From: Lama guanicoe | Taxonomy: Eukaryota | Reading direction: 5' to 3' | Assembly (NCBI GenBank): GCA_013239625.1 | Contig: MU054338.1 | Span: 1,924,001 to 1,988,000, forward strand | Length of the DNA stretch: 64,000 nt | Shown: piece after piece, positions 24,220-34,058 of the stretch | Position numbering within the stretch: the stretch's first letter is position 1 | Layout of the letters: the number at the start of each line of letters is the position of its first letter | Notes under the pieces: model-generated | The model's input: the letters and a program-made list of their open reading frames with translations, nothing else | Databases searched by the model: none | Told to the model about the DNA's origin: nothing | Position numbers and translations under genes: made by a program

Positions 24220-24264
24220 CTGCTTGTGCATCTCAATGTTCAAGCCATAGGACATCTCGTAAAG
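24220..24264 (-). CDS. TLE5: TLE5/AES exon 4 (45 nt), LYEMSYGLNIEMHKQ
   Basis: CTCCCAG acceptor, GTACGC donor; first codon is CTT (Leu). Confidence 0.95.
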
Positions 24265-25552
24265 CTGGGAGACAGCAAGAGGCAGAGGAAGGGAGAAATG
24301 GAGAGACAGCAGGGAGAGGAGAGGAGGGAGGCAGGAGGGAGGGAGATGGAAGGGGGGAGACACCCGCACCAGGAGGGTTTGAGGGGGGGGCCCAGGTGCC
24401 TGGTGGATCCGCTGGGGAAGCCAGGGGAGCTTCAGGGCCCCAGAGGAAGCCTGGGTGCCCTGGTTTCTGGAATAATGATCGCCCTCCAACACACACACAC
24501 ATTCCAAGGCTCCTAATCTTTTATCTTTATGTGTCTTGTCTGCGGGTGGCCCTGGACTCCGGGGAAGTTTGCCTTCCTGGGTATAAATAATCCAGGATAA
24601 ACAGACCCCGCTGGGCTGCTGGGATGGCTCTGGGGCCAGCAGTCCCCCTCCTCACGCCCCAGATCTGACCCTGCCCCCTCCCTGGGGGGCTCTAAACCAT
24701 CCCATGGCTCCGCATCACCCTTGGGAGGGTGGGTGGCGAGAGCCAAGTTCATTCCCAGGCCTTTGTGTGGTCTCCCCTTCTCTGCCCAGCAAGCTCCTAC
24801 TCAATCTTCAAGACCCAGCTGTAATGCCCCATTCTCCATGCAGCCTTTTTCAAATGGGGAGCACCCCACTCTGGAGTCCCCCAGTCCTGGGTCCCTCTCT
24901 CTGCCCCAGCCCCATCCCCTCTCTCTGCCCTAGCCCCATCCCTCTGAGACCAGGGAGTCTGTCTGCCCGCATAGCCTGGGAGAACTGTGCTCTGGGCTGG
25001 ACAAAGGTAGGGAGTTTGGATTCGTAAATCGCCACCTGGTGGGTATGAAACTGAGCAAGTGAACCTGGCAGGGTGCATGGGCAGGGTGTCAAATGTCAGG
25101 ACAAAGAATGCAGTGCCAACCATCCCCACCTCCAAGAGTGTCAGCCTCCTGCCTGGGGAGGGGCTGCCAGGGGTCCTCCCAAGCTTGAGCGAGGAGGGGT
25201 TAAACCTGGGATGCCCAGACCCTGGGAGGGAGGGGAGAGATCCACACTCCCCCACGTCAGTTCCTGGCTTTCACAGCCGCTGCCTCCTCTGCTGCCAAGG
25301 ACAGCCGGGGGACCTGGCAGGCCCAGGCTGCAACCCGGTGGTTTGGCACCTCGGCCACTGCCTGGGCAGGCGGCCAGGCTAGCAGGGCGGACTCAGCCCA
25401 GCCCAGGGGCTGCTGAATGGAGGGCAGACCTCGACTCCTCGCACCTCTCAGAGGAGGTGACCAGTGTTAGGGCTGCAGCTGCCAGTGCTGGAGGGAGGTC
25501 TGGGGTCCCCCATCCCTTCCCACTGGACCTGGGGGGTGGGGTGCTGGCTTAC

Positions 25553-25616
25553 CATCACATAATGACGCTGCATCTCCGACTTCTCGCTGGCCAGCTTGTC
25601 ACATTCTAGTTTCAGA
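25553..25616 (-). CDS. TLE5: TLE5/AES exon 3 (64 nt), (S)[21 protein letters not shown]
   Basis: TTCAG acceptor, GTAAG donor. Confidence 0.97.
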
Positions 25617-26309
25617 CTGAAGAAGAACAAGGAGGGGGGTGGTGGAAGCTGGGTTGAGATCCCTCCCTTGCACAGGGAAGCTCCAAACTTTGGTGAGGGA
25701 CAGACACTTCCTTCTCTATGGAAATAGGGCAGGGGGAGCCTCAGGGGCCCTAGTTAGACAGTGGGGATTATGGAACCAACCGCGCAGATCTAGGGGCAGA
25801 GAAAGCAATAAAAATAGTAATAAAAATAGCAGAAGTCGGAGCAAATGCCCTGACTGCAGGTCAGACCGGGAGCCCAAGGCACTTTACCCTACCCTGACAC
25901 CCGGCGAGGTCCGGCCTGTTAAGTCACTCTCCTTTCACGGAGGTTGCAGTGGAAGCCCAGAGAGGCTGAGTGAACTGGTTCAAGGTCACACAGCCAGGAA
26001 GCTGGCTTCAGAGGTCACGCTCTCAACCTCTGGGGAAACTCTCCAGCATGGGAGAAATAGATAGCGCCAGAGAGGCTGCCAGGGCCAGGAGCTGGCTAGC
26101 AGGGCTCTGGACCGGACTTACCAAGGAGTCTCCAGACCTTCTTGTGGGCCCTGACTTCCCTGGGAGGCGGGTGTAACTTGTCACCATTCGCTAATAGAGA
26201 TCAGGACCCCCTTGCCTCTCTCAGCCTCCCCCGGCAAGGATGAGCTTCAGGCCTGTCTCAAAGGCCTCCCTCAAAGGTTTCGGGGTGACAGGCAGAGAGC
26301 TGAGAGCAC

Positions 26310-26520
26310 AAACTCAAGACAGGAAGACTGGGTTCAAAGTTCAGCCCTGCTTCTTTGATGCTGTGTGACTCTGGGCAAATCCTGCTACCTCCCCAGGCCT
26401 CAGTCTCCAAGTCTGTTGGGTACCAACCTCCTGGGGTGGGGTGGTGAGGATGAAATGAATTAAAGACCAGAAACGCTCTTAATGCTGGTATATAGTCAGT
26501 ACCCAATAAATGCTTAGTTG
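26310..26520 (+). mobile_element. MIR SINE, representative of many copies in the window
   Basis: GACTGGGTTCAAAG..GCTGTGTGACTCTGGGCAAAT..GCCTCAGTCTCC. Confidence 0.65.
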
Positions 26521-27952
26521 ATCTCATGGTCACTCGGAGACTGGAGTTTCATGCCACCAGACTGACGGTGACGTGTGTACCTCAGTTCAGGGGTGAGCCA
26601 CAGTTGGTTTTTCTAATTTTCTTTAAAAGTAGTGCATTTGTTGCCACCGATTAAAAAAAAAATCAGGCAATTTCTTTCCAAATTCTGCATTTCTGGCCTT
26701 CCTGAGGGCCTGGCAGATACTGTATGAGGCACCAACATGACAGGACTGCCTCACTGTGTAGCAGCAAGCCCCGCCCAGGGAGTGGAGACTCCAAAGCTCA
26801 GAGAGGGGTCTGGCCTACTCGAGGTCACACAGCGCTGTGGCAGCAATGGGACCCCCAGTCTCTGGAATCAGATCAGCCCCCATGCTCCCTGGGAACTGCG
26901 CTTGCACCAGGCAGGGAGGGGAGGGCCTCCTGGAGAGGCTCAGAGAAGCCAGGGTTGCCAGGCAAAGCCCCTAAACCTTCCTCCTCACGGGACCAGAACA
27001 AAGTTCCTGGGCCTGTCCTTCAACCATCGGTGCCTCAGTTTCCTCATCCTTAAAATGGGCACAATGACAAGATGGCAGAGAAGATTAAACAAAAGCATGT
27101 ATGTTCCCATGCATGAGAAGTACCCCCAAAGAAAAAGATATATAGCACCTTTTCCCATTTCTTCTTGGAGAAAACTCAGGATCCTTCAAAGGAGTGTGGG
27201 TAAACGGAGGTCCAGAGATGGCCTAAGACCTCGCCAGTATTTATGGCTGCGGACCCCCTTCTGATTCCCAGGCAAAGCCCTCCCCCTGCCCAGCCATAGC
27301 AGAGCCTTGAGAATCTGCATCTTCAACCCAGAGACTGGGTATAAATCTCAGCTTTGCCACTTCCTTGCGGGGCAACCCCAGGAAATCCCTATCTTCTCTG
27401 GGCTTCAGTTTCTCTTAGTGTAAAATGAAGGCAACAGTGGTCCTTCCCCTTAAGTCTGGCACGGGGCAAGCCCTTTAGAAATGTCAGGTTAAATTCTGGG
27501 GGAAATCCACCAGGTGCCAGAAACCCGTTCTCCAAAGGCAGAGAGAGATACAGGCTGCAGGCGTTCTCCCATGGGGCAGGGGTGAGAGGGGAGGTGGAAA
27601 GTCTACCCCCAGCTCCAGCTGCTGGGAGGTCTTTTATCCAGTGCAGACTGGGGTCGGGGTGGGGAGAAACCAGAGAGCTCTGAAACCAGACAGCTGAGTC
27701 TGTGCAAAGCATTCAAATTTCTGTGCCTCGGTTTTCTGATCTGTGAAATGGGACTGTCTTAAAGACTAAATGAATTCAGTATCTGTAAGTGCTTAAGGCA
27801 GGGCCTGCCATATGAGACACTAAGCACCTATGCTATTCCGAGTGTCGGTAGGTAGCAGGGGCCACAACCTTCGCCCCAGGCCTCCGTCTTGCCATCTGAG
27901 CAGGGGGAGTCCCACCTTCTCCCTGGGCAGGGACTGCCAGCCCCCAGCTCAC

Positions 27953-28050
27953 CTGTGGTACTGAGCCTGCAGCAGCTGAAACTCATCTTTGATGCGGTCG
28001 CAGGAGTCCGAGGTGGTGAATTTGAGTTGCTGGGGAAGGTGCGACGAGCC
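27953..28050 (-). CDS. TLE5: TLE5/AES exon 2 (98 nt), GSSHLPQQLKFTTSDSCDRIKDEFQLLQAQYH(S)
   Basis: CTACAG acceptor, GTGAG donor. Confidence 0.97.
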
Positions 28051-29167
28051 CTGTAGGGAGGGGGCGAGCGGGCTCAGGACCCCGCAGGGCCACCGGCCAC
28101 CTCCCTCCTGGGCGGTCCTGAGGCAGCAGCCGGCGCAGCTGCAGCGCCCCCCCTCCCGCCCCACCTCCTGGGCTGTGTTTACAGCCCCTGGCGCGGCCCC
28201 CGCCCTCGCTTCCTGCCCCCGCCTCTCCCCGTGAAGCCGAGGGGGTGGGTGCGCCCGGAGCTGCTCGTCCCCCGCCACCCCCAGGCTGTGGGGGTGCGTT
28301 TGAAGGCCCGCCCTTGGTGGGGGGCAGGGTGCGCCCTCTACCGCGCTTCCAAAGCGCGGGGAGGGGTGGTATGTCTGAGCCCCCTAACTGCCTCGGGGAG
28401 GGGGGAGAACGCGTCCAAGAGAGCCCCCTCCCCAAGTTGGGGGGCCAGGCTTCCTTGCAAAGTCCCTTTAGGGGAGAGGCCTCTTTCAGCACCCGAAATC
28501 TTCCGGGGGGCCCACCCCAGATTCCTAGCACTCTTCCTCCGGGCCGCGTTCTTCCGGGAGGGGTGCGCCTCGGGTCTCCCCCTACTCCCAGGCCCCGATA
28601 GCAGCCCCAGCGTTAGAGGTGCTTGGTGGAGCTCCCAGAGCGCCCCAGGCCCGAGGCCAAGGCCGCCGAGGCCCAGCCTAGCTTGGTGGGGGGAGCTCAG
28701 GGCCCAGGGGCTGTGGGGTGGGGGGTGTCTGAGCTGGGCGCTGAAGGGGACCTGGCCTGGGAGCTAGGGGGGCTCTGGGCCTGGAAGGTGGGAGGGGGAC
28801 CAGGAGCTACGGGGATGGGAGGGAGCCCGGGAGCCGGCGGCGGTGTGTGTGTGTGGGGGGGTGGGGGTAGCGCTGGGCCCAGAGCTGGAGGGACTGGGCC
28901 CAGGAGTTGGGGGGAGGCGCCGAGCTGGGAGCCTGTGGGGGGATGGCCCGCCGAGGACCTGGGGCGAGGGGCGAGGGCTCGGAGCTGGGGGGTGCCGGGC
29001 CCAGACCTGGGGGAGGCAATGGCCAGGCTGGGAACTGGGGGTGCCGGGCCAGGACCTAGGGGGACGCAGGGCCTGGAGGCGGGGAGGTGGCCCGGCCGGG
29101 AACTGGGGGTGGGTGCCGGGCCCCGAAGCGGGGGGTGGGGTGCGCCGGGCCGGCGGGGCCCGCTTAC

Positions 29168-29194
29168 CGAATGCCTGCTTTGTGGAAACATCAT
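29168..29194 (-). CDS. TLE5: TLE5/AES exon 1 (27 nt coding), MMFPQSRHS
   Basis: ATGATG at 29194, GTAAG donor from 29167. Confidence 0.96.
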
Positions 29195-29336
29195 GTCAGT
29201 CGCGGCGGGGGGCGCGGGCTGCGCCCCGGCTGTGCGCCCCGGCTCGGGCTGCTCGGGGCGCCGGGCGGCCGCGCCTTTGTCCCGGCGCCGATCGGCAGCT
29301 CCCGGGGCCGCCGCCGCCGCCTCCCGCGCCCGGCCT

Positions 29337-29453
29337 NNNNNNNNNNNNNNNNNNNNNNNNNNNNNNNNNNNNNNNNNNNNNNNNNNNNNNNNNNNNNNNN
29401 NNNNNNNNNNNNNNNNNNNNNNNNNNNNNNNNNNNNNNNNNNNNNNNNNNNNN
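29337..29453. other. Assembly gap (117 N) in the TLE5 5' UTR/promoter
   Basis: Run of N. Confidence 1.
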
Positions 29454-30341
29454 CTCCCCGCCGCCCGCCTCCCCGCACGCCCGGCCGCCGCTCCTATTGT
29501 CTAATGGCGGCGACGCCGGCAGTGGCCGCGGCCTCTGCTGCGCGGAGGCTCCGGCTCCACCTGCTGCTGCCGCCGCCGCTGCTGCTGCTTCCCGGGCCCC
29601 GTGCGCGCCGCCGAAGGCGGGGGGGGCGCGCGCCCGGGGAGGCCCGTGGATCCCCACCCATCCGCCTCCCCCGGGCCAGCCGGCGCGGTGACCTTGGGCC
29701 CGGCGCGCCCCCGCCTCTTCGCGGCCCCTCCCGGCTGGGTGGCCCCAGCCGCGGCCTGGGCCTCGGTTTCCCCGTCTGTCAGAGCCAGGGGCCCGGCTGC
29801 CCCCATCTAAGCCGCCGGCGCTGTCATGGCGCGACCCGGACGCGTGCCAGGGACATGCTCCGTAACCTTGGCTCACTGGCTCTTCTCTGAGCCTCGGTTT
29901 CCTCTTCTGTACGAGGGCAGTGGTGATACCCCATGGGAACCGTGCCTTCCACACACATTTATCGAGCGCCTACTGTGTGCTAGGCCCTGCTCCAGGACAT
30001 GGGGGTGGGAGGGGGTACAAAGTCCCGACCCTGGTGGAGATGACATGAGACTGAGACACAAATCCCTGAGCCAAGCCTCTGGCAAGTCAGATGGTGGTAA
30101 CAGCTATGGAGAAAATAAAGCAGGAGGGAGGGTGGAGGAAGTGCGATTTTAAACAGAGAGAGGTCAGAGAGGGTCTCCTGGGCCCTTAAGAGGACCTGAA
30201 GGTGAGAGGGAACCAGTAGGCTATGGGGGTGGTGGCTTATTCAAGGAGGCAGAAACAGCCAGTGCAAAGGCCCTGAGGCAGGACTGTGCCTGGCACCGGG
30301 TGGGGGTGGGGTGCTTGGGAGGAAAGGAGGGCAGGGAGGCT

Positions 30342-30505
30342 GGGCCAGTGGCTTCATGCGTTCACACAGGGGCCCTGCTCCCAGAAGAGCCTGCGCCTGG
30401 GTTAATGATCTGCTGTTGTGGTCTGGAAATGCCTAATAATTTTTGAACAAGGGGCCTCTCAGTTTTGTTTTGCATTGGGCTCTGCAAATTCTTTAGCTGG
30501 TGACG
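30342..30505 (+). mobile_element. MER91-like hAT-Tip100 element; a second, inverted copy lies at about 31150-31327
   Basis: TAATAATTTTTGAACAAGGGGCC...TTTTGCATTGGGCTCTGCAAATT; reverse-complement-like copy downstream. Confidence 0.6.
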
Positions 30506-33349
30506 GGGCCGCACAGATGGCACAGGGCCTTGTGGGCTGTGGGGAGGACGTGGGCTTTCGCTGTGAGGGGTGGGAGCCCTGGAGGGCTGTGGGCAGAGGT
30601 GGGACGGGACTGACCTGGACTTTGATAGACGCTCTCTCCTTGCCATGTAGAGCACAGGCCTCGAAGAAGCTGTTGAAATAATGCATGTTAAGCCCCAGCA
30701 AAGGCTAAATATACAGAGTCTTAATTATCACCATCATCATCACCTATGCATCTTGCCTTCCGGATGAATGTAACTTCTTTGGGCCTTGGGTTTTCCCATA
30801 TGTAAAATAGAGAATTAGGACCCTGGTCTCCTTTCCTGGGCAGATGCAGGGCCAGGACTAGGTTGAAGTGAATTAGCAAAATAAAAGCCCCTTCCACCAA
30901 AATACCCTTCAAGATAAAATAGTACTTTGACACAATATTTTTAAAAATAAAAATTAAGGTCAAAAATTCACAATGAGGAAAACATTAAATAAGACCGCAT
31001 CCAACGGGGCCACAGGTGAGCTCTGAGAATGCAGGGTCTCCCTGGTCCCAGTGCCGTAAGAGAAGAGGCCCAGACTTTTAGAAAGCTTACTCTTCCTAAT
31101 GGTTCTGGAATATGCAGACTCCACGAATCATATCGGAGTCCCCAGTTGGAAGGGGTCACAGAATTGTCAGGGCACCAGGGCAAAATGAAAATGGAAACCC
31201 TGTTATTCAAAACAAATCAGGGATTTCAAGATGGTGACGACCGAGCAGGAAACCAAGCGTGGGGACCTTCCTTGAAGTGCAGGGTCCTGCAGGGCCGCCA
31301 AGTCACAGGCCCAGAAACCAGCCCTGCTCCCTATCCTCCCCACCCCTGCCTCTTGGGGACCAGACACCGGTTCTCTTGGGAGGCCACCTGCCTCTGACCC
31401 TCATTTCGGCAGGCAGCTCCCAGTATCAGGGCACTTGGTGACCGCTTTAACAAACCCTAGACAGTGCCGTGGTGCCAGGGCTGGGCCTTTCAGCATGTGG
31501 AGAAGCCAGAAGTCTGACCTGGACTATGAATAATAGTAAACCAACCCACTTGTATAAGTTTTTACTATGCACCAGTCTCTTTTTTAGCATTTTAACCCTA
31601 GAGACTTGGCCAAAAATCACGTAGCTGGTGGGTGGCAACATCAGGATGTCAACCCAGGGCCTTGGGCCCTTGACTGCACTGCAGTACTGCCCCTCCAGGT
31701 GGGGCATGGAGACAAGGGCTGGTGGGAATACTTGCTGGAAAGGGCCAGGGGCCCAGGTGATGCAGGTGCCTGCATTCTGGACTGAGGAGTTGGGATTGTA
31801 CCTGGAGGGCACTAGGGAGCCATGAGAGGGTTTAGAGCAGGGCTTGTCAGTCTGTACTCCTGACATGCTGGCCCAGATCACTCTCTGGGGCGGGCCATCC
31901 TAGGAACTGTGGGATGTTGAGCAGTCTCCCTGGCCCCCACACACTCGATGTCAGGAGCACCTCCCAGTCCCAAGCATCCTCCTGGCAAAATCGCCCCCAG
32001 CTGAGACGCCCTGGCTTAGAGCAGCAGAGAGACCACCAGGACGAATGGTAGAAGATTCTTGCCGGTAGTGGGAATGGATGAAGGCGAGGCGGGAGGCCAG
32101 TAGACCAGGGAGGAGGCCCAAACTAACGTTCGGGAGGGGCACAGGCTGGGCTGGGCCTGCTGTGCAGAGGAGCTCTTGGGGGCAGAGAGAACCGAGTGTC
32201 AGCGGGTGAGGGAAAGGTAGGGCAGAAGGCAGCAAGCCGGGAGGGAAGAGACTTAATGGCATAATTAACTTGGGGGGAACTGGAGCTTTTGAAGATCCTC
32301 CTGTCTGGGCAGCTGCCGCCCCACACCCCTCAGTCCCACCCATCCCCACCTCCTCTGGACCACATCCTGCTCTTTCCTCTCCCTGGGGTCCTCAGGGCCA
32401 CATCTGGGGCCACGTTGGGGTGGGGATCTGTCTCCTGTCTCCCACAGTCTGAGACCAGCCTCGCAGCCTGCTTACAAATGAGGGCCCGGCCCAGCGGCCT
32501 CCCGGGCAGAGACAGGCGCTGGCTGGCGCATGATGCATGGCGCTGCAGGGCCATTAATCAGAGGACGGGGCGGAAACAGGTGGCCGCCGAGCAGGTGCGG
32601 GACCTCCCTGTGGTTGGCCTGGAGGGGCTGGGGCCTCAGCTGTCCGGGTCTGGGTTCAAGCCCCTGGCCTGCCACAGCCGGGCTAGATGACCTGGGGCAA
32701 CGTGAGTTTACTGGTCTGCACCCTCACCACCCCGCCCCCCACAGTGGAACTCATTCCCTCGGTGAATGTTTATTGCACCTACTGTGTGCCCAGCATGTGG
32801 AGGTGTACAGTAGTGACCAAGGAGGCCAAAAATCTCTTCCCTTGCGGAGCAGAGGCTTTAAAAACTTGATTTAGGTCCTGCCCCTCCTCTGCCCACAGCC
32901 CTCCGGGACTCCCACTTCCCTCGAGGTAAAAATCCAAGTCCTCCCCATGGTCCACAAGGGTCTACACAACCTGCCGCATACCCTCCCTGCCTTCTCCTCC
33001 TCCCTCTCTCCCCCTGACCCACTCTCCTCCGGCCATATGGGTCTCCTCACTTGGGGAACATGCCAGGCAGGGCCCCGTGTCCCGCCCCAGGGCCTTTGCA
33101 CTGACTGTTCTTGCTGCCTGAAAAGTTCACCCTCAAATCCCAGTTTGGCTAAGTCCATTGTCTCCTTCCAGTCTTGGTTTAAATATCACCTTCTCAGTGA
33201 AGCCTTATCGTGGCTTCCCTGCGTAATTCTGGCAGGACTGGGACTAGGATGAAGGTACTTTCAAGTAAGACACTTTCTTAAGGTATAAAATTTAAGGAGG
33301 CACCAAAAATCTCAGTCAACAAGATGGGTGCTGTTTTAATGCAATCGAT

Positions 33350-34058
33350 TTTTTATTGTGGTAAAATGTACATAAAATGTATCATTACAGACATTCAGCA
33401 CATTCACAATGCTGTGCGATTCTCACTTCTGTCTACTTCCAAAACATCCCGTCACCCCAAAAAGAAGCCCCACCCCCATTAGCAGTCACCCCTCCCCCAG
33501 CCCCTGGCAAGTGCCAACACACTTTCTGTCTCTGTGTAGACCTTTCATATAAGTGGACTCACGTGCTCTGTGGTCTTTTGTGTCCGGCTTCTCTCACTGA
33601 GCATCAAAGTCTCAAGGCTGTGATGTATGTCGTGCTTCACTCCTTTTCGTGGCTGAGTAAAGTTCCATTGTCAGGATGGACCACATTTTGTGCAGCCATT
33701 CATTCACCTGCTGATGGACACTTGGATCATTTCCACATTTTGGCCACTGTGAATAATACTGCCGGGACCATTCCTACGCAAGTGTTCAGGTGAATGTGTT
33801 CTTCTAGTTCCCTTGGGTGTATACCCAGAAATGGAATTGCTGGGTTGTAGTGTAATTCTGTGTTTAATCTTTGACGAATCACCAAGCTGTTTTCCACAGT
33901 GGCAGCACCATTTTACATTCCCAAATGTGATGCACAAAGTTTCAATTTCTCAACATCCTCAACACTTGTTATTGTCCTATAAAAAAAGTGTGTGTATATA
34001 TAAAAAATATCCACTCTACTGGGTGTGAAATGGTATCTCGTGATTTTGATTTGCATAA
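33350..34058 (-). mobile_element. L1M 3' fragment inserted into a MER96B-like element (about 33232-34190)
   Basis: T-tract start, L1M 3' UTR motifs (GATGGACACTTGG, GGAATTGCTGGG); host repeat resumes afterwards. Confidence 0.7.

Larger units (their letters stand above)
28050..29960. promoter_or_regulatory. CpG island / promoter of TLE5, with YY1-like ATGGCGGC (29504-29511) and GC boxes
   Basis: Extreme GC and CpG density around exon 1. Confidence 0.85.

Noticed and set aside
24893..24940. 24-bp direct duplication in TLE5 intron 3
   Set aside because: A simple two-copy slippage product with no sign of function.
28623..29954. Long ORFs spanning the N gaps (also 57810-58827)
   Set aside because: Artefacts of translating through N runs in CpG islands.
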